Assembly (NCBI GenBank): GCA_012295275.1
Contig: CM022666.1
Coordinates: forward strand, 10,416,001-10,480,000
Reading direction: 5' to 3'
Source: Chrysomallon squamiferum
Taxonomy: Eukaryota > Animalia > Mollusca
Length of the DNA stretch: 64,000 bases
The notes beneath the pieces were generated by a model. It was not told the origin of the DNA. It saw only the letters and a list, made by a program, of their open reading frames with translations, and did no database searches. Shown here in pieces: positions 14,201 to 37,400 of this stretch (the stretch's first letter is position 1; every line of letters begins with the position of its first letter). The translations under genes were made by a program, and so were the position numbers.

Positions 14201-17200
14201 CATGTTATGCTTTTGGCTAATTTCTGTATTCCTATATATTATCTCACTTGCTAGCATTTCCCTCTGCTGAAACATTTGTTACCTGCGGTAAACTACAGAC
14301 AGAATTGCTTAGCCAGACAGGAAATTTGTACTCTTAGCATCCGGTGTGGGTTGTTAGAAGAAAAGTCCTGTGTGAGAATGCTTACCTGCATTTTTAATTG
14401 TTTTACTACCTGGAGCTGCAGACTTGTTTAATTCTAACCAGATCATCAGACACTGACACACTATAGTTCTTAGACAAATCTTGTGCTAAAAGAAATAATC
14501 AAAATTATCTTTCAAAAACCTGATTAGTTATAAACAAAATTGTAATGATGTTTTTAACAGAATATTTAAAAACAGTGTTTTATTTAGATCATTTTAGTCA
14601 TCCATCTTTAACTTTGTGTGCAGTGTGAAACAGATAATTTCATGACTTTAATAAAGACTGTTAATAGATATATCTGATATAAGTGGTTGAAATTTCTGTG
14701 ATAGGAAGTAACGTAAATCTGCTGGATGATGTTTTGCAGTTGGTTTTTACCTTTGCATAGAGATTTGCCATGAAAGGAATGGATAAGTTGGATGAGGGTA
14801 TTCAGCTTACAGGAATTCTTACAGGTAGCCATTTTTCAACTCTAGAATTGGTGCAGCTATGTTTGTGCCTTTGTATTAGTAACTTTTTCACAACATGTTT
14901 CACTTTAATTATTTGTATAATTTAACAGATCATTGCATTAGTATAATTAAATATGGTGAATATTAATTTACTTGATGATTAAATGACTAGCTTTGGTAGT
15001 TAGACACTGAATGTATTAACAAGTCTATGAAAAACTCTTTACTGTACATAAAAACACTATACTTTTGATAAACATGGTGAATAATGTTAGCCAACTCACC
15101 ATATTTAACAGATGCATAGGAAATATTCATCATGTTTTGTAAATTATATACTATAAGAATTTCTAAAATGTAATATAATGCTACTGGCTAAAATATTTCA
15201 AATATGTTACTGAAAAAGATTACCAAATATATTTAAATAACATTTACATTTTATTAATTTCTAACTTACAAATTAAATTTAAAAAATCTGATTTGACAGT
15301 TAATATAAAATATTAATTATTTTTATTATTGGTATCAGTTGTTAAATCTGAATCAATAAAATAATTACTTGTGTACTCACATTTTGTTATATTATCCAAT
15401 AAAAAACTGAAAATAAGCAAATATTTTCATTTGTTACCTTTAGGAAATAACAGTAAACAAAATAATTAAAAGTATATATGTAAGCTGCTTCAGAATCAAG
15501 CACTGTCAGTTAAATTTCTATAGAATAGATCTATTTTATAAATAGTTTTATAAAAAGATAATAGATTTTAATAACTTTTTTCTAAGCAATATTTTATTAT
15601 TCTAATTGTTTAATAGCCAAATACCTTTTATGTAGACCTTCCCAAAGACAGTAAAGCATATACCATAGTCTTAGTAAAGGTGTATTAGTACACTGGGTTG
15701 ATTGTTAAAACAAAACATATTTGTATTTTGCAGAATATGTGTATCATAATTACCAATGACATCTCACAAATAATAATGTTTTTAATTATTTATTGATTTT
15801 TCTTCTTCTTCTTCTTATTATTATTAATTTCTAGAACATCCCTGTTGATACAGTTATGTCCTTCAGAATCATTGCAATTATAAAACACATTTCAGAATTA
15901 ACAACATATTCTGAACATTTTTATTTTATTATTTATTTTCTGGTAAAGTTGTTTATAATGAACATTAATTTTGTTTCCAGTTGCAGTTGACCATTCTCCT
16001 TGTCTAAATCCTGTCTGCATGCAGGTATAACACACACACACACACACACACATCTAATTTAAAAAAAAAATTCTGCTTCTTTTTTTTTTTTTTTGTGTGA
16101 CCTTTAACATGAAATATGGCAAAAATCTTGTTCACTGGTGTGAGAGAAAATGCAAACATGCAGGAAGTATTTGGCATGTTGTAAACAAGGACAGGCTTAC
16201 AATTATTATAAACTGGCATTTTTTCAAAGTGTGTAGTACAAGGTGCACTTGCAGACTGTTATGAGAGTTATTGGCAGATTCCACCATCATGCTAAAAAGA
16301 AATTGTGTATTAAAAAAAATAGATATTAAAATATTAGAATTGAACTAAATTTGAAAAAATATTTTTATAAGGCATTTAGAGGTATGGTAATGGAATATTT
16401 TTTTGTCATTTCTGCTTTCTAAAACTAATGATACATTTGTTTAGAACTAACAAATATCAGCCTTTCATTCATTGCTTAAAAGATGTAATGGCATATAAAA
16501 TTTTAATAATGTTTATACATGTTTTTATTTCCTGTGTTTATGTACTAAATATTTTAAGCTATATTTGTGATAGCTTTACTAGTTCAGTCCCTAAGCAAGT
16601 TTGTATCTCTTGTTTTTATCTTTTGATTCAAATTTCTATCATCATCTTGTTGGTGTAAACCCTCCCAGTTACAAGTATTGTTAAAATTGCACTACTTAGT
16701 TTCAAAAGGTGCACTGTTTTTTTTATTAGTTAATATATCGGGGATACATGTGTGGCTGCCTGAATTAGGCTAAAGTAGAAAAATACTTGTTTAATGACTT
16801 TATAACCTATTCATATATATAACACTTCCGGCATGAACTCATCTTGTTTGAATGGCTAATTATAATTAAATGTTTCTGATGAGAAGCAGTGCTTTCATAT
16901 TTGTATTATAATTAGTTGTTTTTAATGAATATCAGTAAATACTGATAAAACATATTTAAAGTGATAACAATTATATGCTTGTTTCTATCAAACAATTATT
17001 TTTTATGATTGCTAACATTATAAGATGCATGTACAAAAGTAAATTTAAAAAAAAAAGTATGTGCATAATCATTAAAGTAGTTGAAGACTACTGTTCTACA
17101 CGGCATACATTTCACAACACTGATTTCAAATTTTGTAATAAAACTTGTGATATGCTGATATGAAACACATACACAATATTATAAAATTTACCAGATTCAC

Positions 17201-20089
17201 ATAGTATATTAGATCTCAGAGCTTCAGCTGTTTCTGACTTTGATGTAACAAGAATAACATAATCCAGAGCAGATAAGAGTTTTAAAATAAGAAATATTTT
17301 CAGTGTAGTATATTTTTCAAAATTCTTTCAGAAGTTGAGATTAGCTCGAAAATTTGCTATTTCTGTTTGGAAATGTTAATCAGTAAAAAAAAAAAAAAAA
17401 AAAATTAATAATGACATATTTACTCTGCATAATTACAGTTGATATTACATTGCTGTTGTATAATACATCAATGCACGCATTCATTTGACTCCTGTTCTGG
17501 TTAGAGCTGTCCTTTCCAGGTTATTATAAAATATCCTTGCTGCTATATAGCAACCATGATGTCTGGATTTCCTCCCTGTATATTATTATTATATACAAAC
17601 CTTGTTTGACATAATTTGTAATAATTACTATTTCTTCATCAGTGTATTCACTGACTCTGAAGATATATTGATGACTGCAATATTAATAATCATTTGAGAT
17701 ATGTGAAATAAATTTAGATGTTTATTTAAAAATAAAATATTTTTGCAAGTTATTTTTGTATTTTATAATTTCTTTGATGCATAATTTTAAAATATGTATT
17801 ATTTTGTGTAAGTTACTACAGATAAAATTATATATTTACATATAATAGATTGACAAATTACTTGTTATTTCTTAAAATTGTTTGATTATTATAAGAAATA
17901 CTGGGCAGAATATGTATCAAAATAGCAAATATTGTTTTGTTTTTTTACATTTGTGATAAATATTTGTCATTTTACTCACTAAATGTGACAGAAACTACAG
18001 TGAATTTGTTCACCAGCAGTTGGTTGATTAGTTAACTAGCACAGAAACCTGCCAGTGGACTGTTTTGTTCATTGTTAAATAATGTATGTGTTTTTAATTG
18101 GTCTTAGTTTGCCTGTTTAAACTTAGAACTGTCATTTTAACCAACAAAGAATATGTCACTTTTTAAAGTTGATTTAGGTTAGGAATATATTCAGTTTAAT
18201 ATTCAGCTATTCTTTAGGTGTAAGCTAAATATCCTGGTCTGCTTTATTAAGAGCTAGTTGAATAGTGGACAACTTCTCTTATCACAGTCACCTGGAATGA
18301 TAACTATCCAATATAGAAGATAGTGTTAATACTAATACTATCTTTGACATCTGATAATAAACAAAGTATTTTCTTTCTTTAAACATTGAGAATTTCATTT
18401 CAGCATTCATCAGAATAGGATTTTCTTTTTACAAAAATAACATAGTGACATCATCCCTCTGTAATTTTATTGTTACTGAAGTGTGAATTTAATCTTGTCA
18501 CTAATCCCATATTTGACATTTAATAATAAACCATTTTTAAAATCATACTCACTACTTTAAACATTGAAATAGATAAGAAATTCATTTGTACATTTATCAA
18601 GATTACTATTTAGAATAAAATAAAAATTGTATTATATTTCTGTGTAACAAATCTGTTCTCCACGATAAGTTTCCTCTCTACCACTCAAAAGCTTTCTGCT
18701 GATTCCATTTGACGGCTGTATTGAACAGAAATGACAAATGTTGTTTGTGTCTAATCTTTTCTCTTTCTTTTTTACAATATTTTTATTAAAGAAAATCTTC
18801 CCTCGTAAAACTGGAGCAGGTACTGGATGTTTTTGTTATTTTGTGAGAGTGATTTAGCTTTTTCTGCTGTATGAACAATAAAAATATAAAAATATTAATA
18901 TTTGGAGAAGAAGAAGAATTATTTTTAATTTTTTAATTTTTAATTTAATTGTATATAACATGGTTTAAACATATAAAGTAGTATTACACTATTACTGAAT
19001 AAAAGATAAATCCTAGATTAGTTATTCAGTATATGTGAAAAAAGTAATGTGCTTTCAGATAAGCAGATAGGAGCAGGCTGTAGGTCAGTGACAACATAAA
19101 TTAGAGTTATGACTTAAAAAGAATTGCATATCTTTGCTGCTATTGGGATATCTACAAATAAACTGTTTATCAAAAACTTTGCTAAATGTTTCTCTCTGAG
19201 GAATGGTACATATAAAATATTCCTTGCAGCTAATAAGAGTAGCCTATGGGATGGTAGCAGTGAGTTTATTATGATTATGTTTTGAATTTTACAGTAAAAA
19301 TCTGATGAATATATTTTCCCTCCTCTGAAGTTTTCATTAAATTATTTTTATTATTATCATTTTTATTTATTTATTTATTTTATTATATTGATACATGTAA
19401 AGGCTTCATTACTGCTAATGAACAATAATAGTCTGGAGAATGATAGTGTGTGTTATTATTTTTAGATATGTATGAATATACATTTTGTTTATTTATTTGT
19501 CACTGTTCTTTAAGTTTTATTTTAGTTTTACTAACACTCAACATATTTTTATTGACAACTGACATCTGATGTATTTATGGACATTATTCTTTCAGCAGTT
19601 ATTAACCTCTGTTCTAGCTTGCTAAAGATTGATAAACTGACTTTTCAGTGTCCTTTAATAATGGACAGGAATAGGGTGCTTTGATAAATAAACATTAGTC
19701 ACATGTCTAACAGGATGTGCCATTCATTTGCCAGGTGGATAAGTAGGCCACTAAAGGGCATTGTATAATGGCCACTTCAAATGGCACTTCACATATCAGC
19801 CATAAACCATAGTGACCTCTCCCACCAAAATCTTCCTATGAATCCAAATTCAGGGCTGGCTAATAGAATGTCCAACATAGAAGATTTTAGTAGATGTAGA
19901 TATTTATACAGTATTATCTTTTCACATTTGTATAATAATAATAATAAATTACCTAAATTAGATAAATAATATCAGATGTGCCTGTGTGTGTGTGTATGTG
20001 GTGTCCAGTAATGAAAATTAATACATAGTTATTGTAAACACCTTGAAGCAATGTTTAATGTCTGTTATGTATATTGACTACACTTTTAC

Positions 20090-20450
20090 TAACACATCAA
20101 CATTTGCCATACTGTCAGTAAACACACCAACATTGTCATATCACAAACACATTAACATTTGCCATACTGACAGTGAACACACCAACATTGTCATACTGTC
20201 AGAAACACACCGACATTTGCCATACTGTCAGGAAACTAATAAATATTCTCATAAAATCAGAAAACACTTAAATATTTTCATACTATCAGTGAACACATAC
20301 TGTCATACAGTCAGTGAACAAAACAGCTTTGTCAGTCACAAAAATTATACTATCACTGAACCCACATTGTCATAGAGTCAATGAACACACAAACATAGTC
20401 ATATAGTCGGTAAACAGACAAGCATTGTCATACTGTCAGTAAACACCTAA
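20090..20450. repeat. Degenerate ~30-bp minisatellite
   Basis: Recurring unit approximately CATTGTCATACTGTCAGTAAACACACCAA, about a dozen diverged copies. It explains the spurious ORF 20043-20375. Confidence 0.75.
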
Positions 20451-23400
20451 ATAATATGATGAATGTTAATGAGAAATGTCTGATTTGGAAAAAATGATGT
20501 GTAACAGAAGAAACAGTCTACACACTGATTAACACATGGTGTACCTGGTGTTTACCTTGATCCGTCTTTGTGTGAGTGGATTAAACTGATTTAGAAATTG
20601 GTGGAGCATTTATCTTGATTTCAGTTCATTGCTAGTGTCAGCTTTGTGCTCTAAATTTCTCTTCATCATGGAAACACAAATGTCATTCAGCTTACACAAA
20701 TTACAGAATCACCTTTCTCGTTAGTTATTTCTTTTGTATTTCACAGCATTTATGTAACTAATAAGTAATATTTCTTTATTCTGTTTTCACTAATAATTTC
20801 ACAATTTTATCTTCACAATGATCCAGTCCGGTATGTTTTTGAATTTTATTTTGATTTTGCTTAGAAATAATTGAATACAGTTTGCTTAACATTTAAATAT
20901 CTGTGAGCATTGTGTGTATAGTCCGTGCATTTAAAAGAGTGAACTCTGGTGGTCCATTAAAATATATAGAAAAGTACTGTATTTACATGCATGTAAGTAT
21001 ACAGCATAGAGATGTAATTTATATCTGACTTCAAAGATACTTGTATGTGTAGTTACTGGTACCATAACAGATTCACAGCATTCATTAGACTGTGACCTAA
21101 ACAGATAAAATTCTGAAATGTTTTTTGTGAGAAAAACACATTTGGTGTTAAAGATGCTTTTTAGTTTAATGCATTTGATATCCATGGTGATTGTCCAGTT
21201 GTGTTTTTCATTTATTAACCAGATGTTTTAATCTGATTTCAGTAAAAACAGATTTTTTTTTTATGTCAGCTATGTCTTTCCAAACATAGAATCTTCAATT
21301 TGGTAAGTGCTAGAACTGCTAAAACATAAACCTGCTATTTCCCATCCTAGCTCTGTCCCATGATTGTTTGTCAAAAAGTGTGGTATGTGCTTTATGTTGG
21401 TGAAAACTGAAAAGGAATGGCTGTGAGGTTGATCATTATCCACATTTCAATGGTTCTTTAATATATGCAGATAATGTGTACATATGATTACAAATTTGTA
21501 AAATTTATCATTAAAAATAAATTTTGTCATTTTTGTGATGGTTGTTGGAAAGAGGAAATTTAGGAGGATGAAAAACCTCTGATAATTTTTTCATTTACAT
21601 AACACACATTGATCTAGAATCAGAATGGTGAAATCTTGGCAAAATGTCCAGCAATGTCTTAATAAATTCCTGGAGTTCAGTCTTCTGACTTCACAAATGT
21701 ATATACAAAAAGATACATACAGACGTAAGAAGCACTATACTTTCTTTTAGTGTACCTCTATCTTTTATTCAACAATTGGAAATTACAAAATTTTTGCAAA
21801 CTGGAAATTAGAATTATGTTATATTCATCTGAAATGGAGGCACAAATACAATTTGAGGAGTGATTTAAAACATTTATACATGCACTGGACTATTTTTAAT
21901 TTATTTGTTCCTTTTTATTTTTTAACAGCTAATTTTATTTTATTATTATGTTTTGGCTGTTCTTTGAATTGGTTCTCTAATGCTACTATTTCTAGTACAT
22001 GCACACTTCCATATGTAAAATAAACACAGAAGTATTATTAAATTAGAGCCATAATTTGTATTTGATTTTGTCAAATTATCTGTTAACTAACAGCATTTAA
22101 AGAAAATGTTGACTGTTTAAACATTAAATTTTAAGCTGAAAAAATAAGAAAGCATTCTCTTGAAATTGAGGAAAAAAAAATATTATTTTTAAAAATTTCT
22201 TTAAATACGAAAGTTATTTTCAAATTAGGCTTGACAATTCATTTGCTTCAACCCATCTTTTAACGGATGTACCATTTTTTCTTCTATTTTCATCTCATAA
22301 ATTGTTTGACTAAATTATCCACAACAAGGTTGGTGCACACATGGGTTGACTTGAAGCTAATTGGCCAATTTCCTCTTTCTTCTCAAGCCTGGGAGTGTGT
22401 TAAAGAGATTTCCCCTACACAGTTCCTTACATATGTATGAATCTCTCTGTAAACTGCTGACCCCCACTCAGTACACTTCTGGTTAATAGTCGTTTATAAT
22501 TTTCAAATAACACAGTAGTGTCTTTCAAACTTAGCAAGAGAGAAAAACATTTAGACAGTTTTCTCTTAATATATAGTTCTATAATGGAAACATTTCTTCA
22601 AAAAAAAAAAGAAATTAGGTTTTTTTTATATTTATTTATTGTTATTATTGCAGTTGTATTGAACAATAAAATTTGCAACAGATGGAACCAATATTTATTT
22701 GTAATATACGAAGAGCCACTAGTGTTACATTTTAATATTTAAAAAAAAAAAAACATGAAAAAAATAATAAATAAATAATAGTAAAATAAAATTGTATTAA
22801 TTATTTCCACTCAAAGACATGAAATGAAATGAATCCAGTCTAGTTTTTCTCACTTGGATGTAAACCATTTCTGCTGGGCCAGGTGCCAGGACACACAATT
22901 CATGTGGTTTGTATTTCCTGCCAATTTCTGCCTCATTTGAATGTGGCTCACAGAAGATGCTGGCCATTCATCAGTGGTCGTTAAATATAGACACACTGTT
23001 AGCTGGACTTCATACATCAGCTGTTTTTGTATCTAACACTGAAAATTATTTCAACATCACGTTATTTGTTGAATAAAAATTGTCTTTATCTTTCATTACG
23101 TTTAAAATTCAGTTATATTAAAAAAATTATACATATATACATTTTTTTTTTTTTTCTTAAATGTCGTCCACTAGAGTAAGTATTATTTTTGATTGTTTTT
23201 TTTAAAAAAGGTTATGTTTATCAAGTTTATTTGTCTATTTCAAAAAGCATTTGAATCTTAAAAAGTAATAATGTGCCTCTGTTTATTTATATATATATTT
23301 ATTATTTATTAAAAGCAGGGATTTATGTGAAATTATGAGCAAACAATTATGTGGAATTCCATTTGTCATCAGAATAATATATATATTTTTTTTAAATGAT

Positions 23401-23877
23401 TATTTTCCTCTCTGTTTAATATTTAAACCAAATTTGTAATTGCTTCTGAACAGCTGTTTAATCTGACGTAATTGAAACAAGAAAATAAATTCTCTGTAAC
23501 GTGGAAAACTTATTCATAAAATACTTAAGTTATGAAAAAACATTCTCAAATTTCATATTTTTTCATTCTTACATTCCTGACATTGGGAAGGTGCATAAAG
23601 ATTCTTGTTATTAACTGATAAGATTAATCCAGGGAATGGCACTTTTCATACTCATTTTAATTTAACTGTATTTTTAATAATACTTAATGTCTGAAAGAAT
23701 GTGTGTGTGTGTGTGTGTCTGTATGTGTCTGTATGGCTTACTCCCATCTGGTCGAATTCCCATTTTGTCGAAAGGCTAAATATGGTTTAGTGGTCTTACT
23801 TATATGCTTGTTTTTACCTCGGTCATTGTAATGAACTGTTCCAGATTATATGGAAACCGATTATTATTGTAAAGATA

Positions 23878-24443
23878 CAGTAATACCTCACTTAACAATA
23901 TCCGGCTTTAACAATCTTTTTTCTTACAAATTATATAAATAGAAATTTAATAGTTAATTGCTCGAAATAAATAATATAAATGGGTACAATGCATGTGTTT
24001 AAGTCATTTTTTGTTCATTTTACATTCAATCACGAGCTTCCCTAAGCCATGTTGATCAGTTGACATGCAGACATCATACGTACATGTGATGTTCAGATTG
24101 TCTTGTCTCTTCTGTTTCAATTTAGCCTCAACCCTTTTGCAATTTACACTTTCAGTATGTCAAAACGAATGAAAGTACATCGTCAAATGCTGATGATAAA
24201 AAATTGAATTGTAAATGATTTACTGTTTAATATCTATGATCTATTAAACTATTTGTGTCTAAATCGCCGTTTTATTTCTCCTTACTTAACATTTCTTTTA
24301 ATGTCAAATTTCAGTCCTGAAGAATGTAACCACTGTTTGGTTTTTTATCTTTATTGTATGTAAATTAGCCTCCTGCTTAATGATATCTTAATTAATGATC
24401 GGAAATTTGGAATAAATTACATCGTTAATCCGAGGTATTACTG
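23878..24443. mobile_element. TcMar-type MITE with TA target-site duplication
   Basis: TA-CAGTAATACCTCACTTAACAAT ... ATCGTTAATCCGAGGTATTACTG-TA: ~22 bp imperfect TIRs with a perfect outer 12 bp, no ORF. Confidence 0.75.
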
Positions 24444-26502
24444 TAGTATGTATATCGCTGAAAATAACAAAATAGTCCATGTACTGAATGTAGTTGAATG
24501 TAAATAATAAAAAAAGAAAGTATTCATCTAAAAAATTATCATATTAAAAAGAGGTTTGTCTGATGTTTCAGTAATAGTACAATGTTACAATAATATTGTA
24601 CAAATCTCGAATTTTCTCTGTGATGTGTTTCATGAAATGTGTTTTTAATCAACCATAAAATTTAGGATTTTTGTTTCATATTTTTGTTTTGTTTTTTGTT
24701 GTTGTTTTTTTAATGGAAAGGAAGTATTGATGAATTAGAAATGACCAGATTATGATGATGATAACAAGAAAAGAAGAAGAAGAAGATCGATCTCACGACC
24801 TGTATCATCTTGGCTGTGATTGGAGATGTAAATAATCTACAACAAATGAGTAGTGAACCCTTGTTCTGCTTTCAGCTGATGGTACATAATCCATATACAA
24901 AAAATGCACTTCGCCCTGAATGTGCCAACTTTATGGCAGCAGAAGAAGAATAAAGAAACCAGAATCATGTATATTGGTAAATAAACCATTGTCCATCTAT
25001 AATCAAAACTTTGTATGAACATCAAGAGGCCAAGTTCATTATACACAGAGGTAATCAGGTATTTAGGTAGATGAGTTATTTTGACAAACTGGGAATTTGA
25101 CCAAATGGGAAGACACTGTCTGTATATGTCTCTTTTGTGTGTGTTTGTGAGTGTGTGCTTGTCTGTCTGTCTCTTTATATATAAATGTATATGTGTGTAT
25201 ATGTATTTTTAACCTAATAAGCATTAGAAAAGAACAGTTGAGCATGGTGTACTCAGATACACTTATCAAGTTTTCAGTCTGACGTGTCAGACTTATCATG
25301 AGGACAAAGTTTTTGTAGATATGAGAAATCATTTGTTGTAAACTATTCAGCCTTTACATCAATCAGACTGCTCATTTATAACCTGCTTTTGTACATGCTT
25401 GTGTGTCTGTGTGTGTATGCCATTGTGCAAATGCACGTGCTTGTCTTGTACATGTGTGTATTTCTTCATAAATGTTTCTTACCAGTTCTGAAACAATTAA
25501 TTACAGTTAATTACAAAAGCTATTTCATTAGCTACAAAGTAAAAAATCATACATACATATATACATACATACATTAGATTTGTGTGTTTGTTTGTTACTA
25601 AAGATTGACAATTTAAAACTTGCTGTGCATTGACAATATACAGGGAATAGTTGAGGTGCTGCAGTGTACACAAATTACTGGCTTCAAAGAAACCCAACAA
25701 CTGCTCAAGTGGAACCACTTCATCCATGCCAGCTGACATTTCACATCAACTAGTAACAAAATATTTCATGCATTATTGCTCAGTCTACCCACTTTTGTGA
25801 CCACACACAATAGTTGACGTCATATTCCAGAGTACTACTTCTTGATATTCGAATATGGATAAACTTTACATCAGATTAATTTGTGATTTATTTTGTTGCA
25901 AGCCAAGTCAGAAAATTGCTCTGCATCTTATTGTTAGAGCATTTAATAAAAATTTACTTTTAAAAAATGGGGTCTATAAGTAGGCAAAAAGAAGTAGAAA
26001 TCTATTTTGATTTAGACCACTTTTTTCCACTTGATAAATAAATAAATAAATAGCTAAAACTACTAAATACTCAATGTTTTTATTCCTTTTTTTATTTTTT
26101 TCCCTCAGTGTTTTTGTATGCTCAGTCACTTGTTTTCAAATGTTCTGGAAGAAAATGTAAAATCTTAATTGTTTAATATCAAAGGATCAATCCTTGGTAT
26201 ATTATTTATGTTTCTGTCTAAGAAATCATTTACAACACAAGCATTATTAGGCAATACATAGGTTATGCACACATACATACTCGAATGCAGACAAACAAAT
26301 AAAAAAAGTTTAGAATAATTTATTATTTGTTATTTCAAAGTGGGATCTTTTGTAATAATATTTCATAATGTCAGTGTGATGTGATAATATTTCATAGTAT
26401 CAGTCTAATGTGATAATTCACTGTTTTTCAGTCTTACATACTAGTGCTCATTTATTTGTTGAAATTAACTCTTATTGTTATTATATTTCAGAATGGCTAA
26501 CG

Positions 26503-34495
<7,993 letters not shown>

Positions 34496-37400
34496 TCTAC
34501 ATCAAGAGGTGTTAAATTCCAGGATTTTGTAATGCATAATGTTGTTTCAAGAAAGGCATGGTGTTTATAAATTTCTATACATAATATATAAATATTAATA
34601 AATTTGGAAGTGTAGCTAGCTGTACATTGTTGAAGCTGTGTGACATCTGAAAAGGAAGCTAGGATATAAATGTATCAGTATTTGGACAGAAACAATTTAA
34701 AGGTTTTTAGCTTCCTTAAAGCTATAACACAAAGATGAAGGGCTCACAGTGAAAGAAGATACATACTGTGAAAAAACTGAAGACTTTTCATCAGAGAAGT
34801 GTCAGAAAGACATGATGTTATATAAAGATGGTAAATCGGCTCACTGTGTTTTAGCCTTATAATAATATAACTGCTTACACTGCCAGTTGTTAAACCACCA
34901 GATTTCACTTATTAACTAAGAAGATGGTTATTTTTTGAGTACTGGCTTACAAGTACTGAGTTGAAATTATTAAAATGTGATCCTAGGATGATTTCAGTAA
35001 GGATACAAGTTTGTATGAATTTTTGTCTTTGATATTGGTCAGCAGCTGAAAGAGCATGTGACTTGCAAAGAATGTGTGAAAAGAAAAATAGAAGATCTTA
35101 CTTGTACTTGGTCCAGTGAATGAATTACAATAGTTAATACAGCCACATTATTTCGGTCCATGCTGTTGTTAATCTTGTTCATTCTGTAAGCAAAGTGCTA
35201 TGTGTACAATTAGAGATGAAGTTCATATCTTCATTATTACTGCATATTTATTGAAAAAAACTAAATGAAAAGTTGAGATTATATTTTAACTGAAAGCAGT
35301 TTTAAATAATAATCAATAAAAAAAAAATAATAATAATAGCTTTGGACAATATATCAAATAATACGAGGGGAAATAACTGGTGTCCTAAGAAATTGGACTA
35401 CATTTTATTTTTAAATATTTGCATTGGTCTAACAGAAATTATTGACATTTAGATGTTTTGTAAGAGGAATCATTTATATCACTCCTATTTATATAAAACA
35501 ACATCAGTTCTGTAATTGTATACATATTTCAATTCAATATTTAGAATTTTTTTATGAACTTTTTACTTTTCATTAAAAAGCATTTCAGAACTTCTGTACA
35601 TTATACACATACATAATTACTAATGAAATGTGGAATCTAACATCAATAACCACTCTTTGTTTTCTTTATAAAAATTAACTGATCATTGTAATGCACTTTT
35701 TATTTACCATTTGCTAACATTTAATAACATTTAATACACACAGAAAAAAGTACACTTTTTCATTTTATCTTATTATAATAGTGATGCTGTTGGTTTTTTC
35801 ACTGCTTCCTTTTCTCTCTTTCTTTGTTTTTTTTCTTGATATTTTTTTATAATAATTAATTGACATAGACTAATACAAACTATAGAAAAATGACAAACTG
35901 GTATATTGTAAGAAAGCCTCTTCACCTATTGTCTCTAGACTTCTCAAACTTACATATTTTTATATATATATAATTTAGTTTGTTGTGAAATTTGTATACC
36001 TTTAACTTACTATTTTTCAATGTATCTAAATAAATAAAAAATAATAATAATAATTAAAAAGGTTTGAAAGTTTTTTTATTCAACAAAATAAATAAACAAA
36101 TAATTCCTTTCCAAAAATTAAAAAAGATTTTTAGATGATTTATTTGATAATTGCCAATTTTGTTTTATGTAATTTTATTTTTAATATTCATTTGTATTAA
36201 TGTGTAATGAATTGAATTAGACATTTAAACATTTTCATAAAAAAAAATTATATATATATATATATATTTTTTTTAAAACACTTTACAGAACACCACATAC
36301 TGGTACTCTATCTGTATCATTGCATAATATTAAATTTCTTGTTAGTTGAGCATCAGTCTGTTTATAGGGCTAGATTTCTCAGGTTTTTGTATTCTCAACA
36401 TACTATCAACCTTGTCATATTAGTGTTTTCACAGTAAATTGAAAAAATTACTTGTTTCAATTTGAAAAATTCCTGATTATCACCATATTATGTATTTACA
36501 CAGTTAATAAACTGAAGGTCTCGTTGTTGTCTAATGAAATGTGAAAATTTAAATTCTTGTTGAGTAGCTTCTTTTTAAACAATAATTTATTAAAGAACTA
36601 AACTATAATTAAAAATGAATTTAGATGCTGCAATTTTTGTGTCATTTCTTTTCTAATTCTGGTTAAATGACTTCAAATCAGAAACATTTTAACTAACATT
36701 TATTTACAAACATTTTTTAACATGTTACTTTTATTTCATATTCACATATGTGTTTGATGTATTTTATTTATTGTGGTTTTACATTTACAGGTTAAAAAAG
36801 AATAAATAACAATCATTGTTTTAGTAAATTTTGTAATTTATGGGAATGGAAATCTATAATAAATCAGTGTTTTTATATCTGGCAATTTGTGTTGAAATTC
36901 AAACTTACTTTTTGAAAATAAAATCTACTGTAGAAATGTTTTTTAAATGCAGTGAAATTTAATTTTAAGTGTAACACTAGATTTAGTGAGGAAAGTGCAT
37001 CACCTCTAATAATGTGAAGAAACTAGCATTTGTTAGTATGTATAATCTATGTACATACATACAGAAATTTTCAAGCTGAAATCTGTATTTTAAACAAATT
37101 TTAATCATGTAGGATGTTATTATAAGATAGTTTTTACTGTGTACAGAAACATTTTAACTAAGTAATTACTAAAGCTTGTGAAGTGTCCTAACATTAGTAT
37201 CATTTGTAGAAATGATCACACACAATTTTCATATGTACATAACAATCTTCATTCAAAATCTGTAATGCATTTATTTACCATTTGCTAACCAATTAAAATA
37301 AGTTTGCTACGCACCAAATACAGCTGCCAGTTTATGTTTTTAAAATTATTTATCTTTTTCTCTTTTTAAAACAAATGGCAATGCAATATACCATGACTTC

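Noticed and set aside
20090-20450. Repeat array as CRISPR or coding repeat
   Set aside because: Eukaryotic context, degenerate contiguous units with no unique spacers, and no cas genes.
23735-23790. CCCATCTGGTCGAATTCCCATTTTGTCGAA, a possible transposon terminus
   Set aside because: No matching opposite end or TSD could be identified.
8000-26400. Numerous 60-110 aa ORFs in the track
   Set aside because: Low-complexity AT-rich translations with no recognisable domain or consistent exon chain; treated as intronic or intergenic noise.
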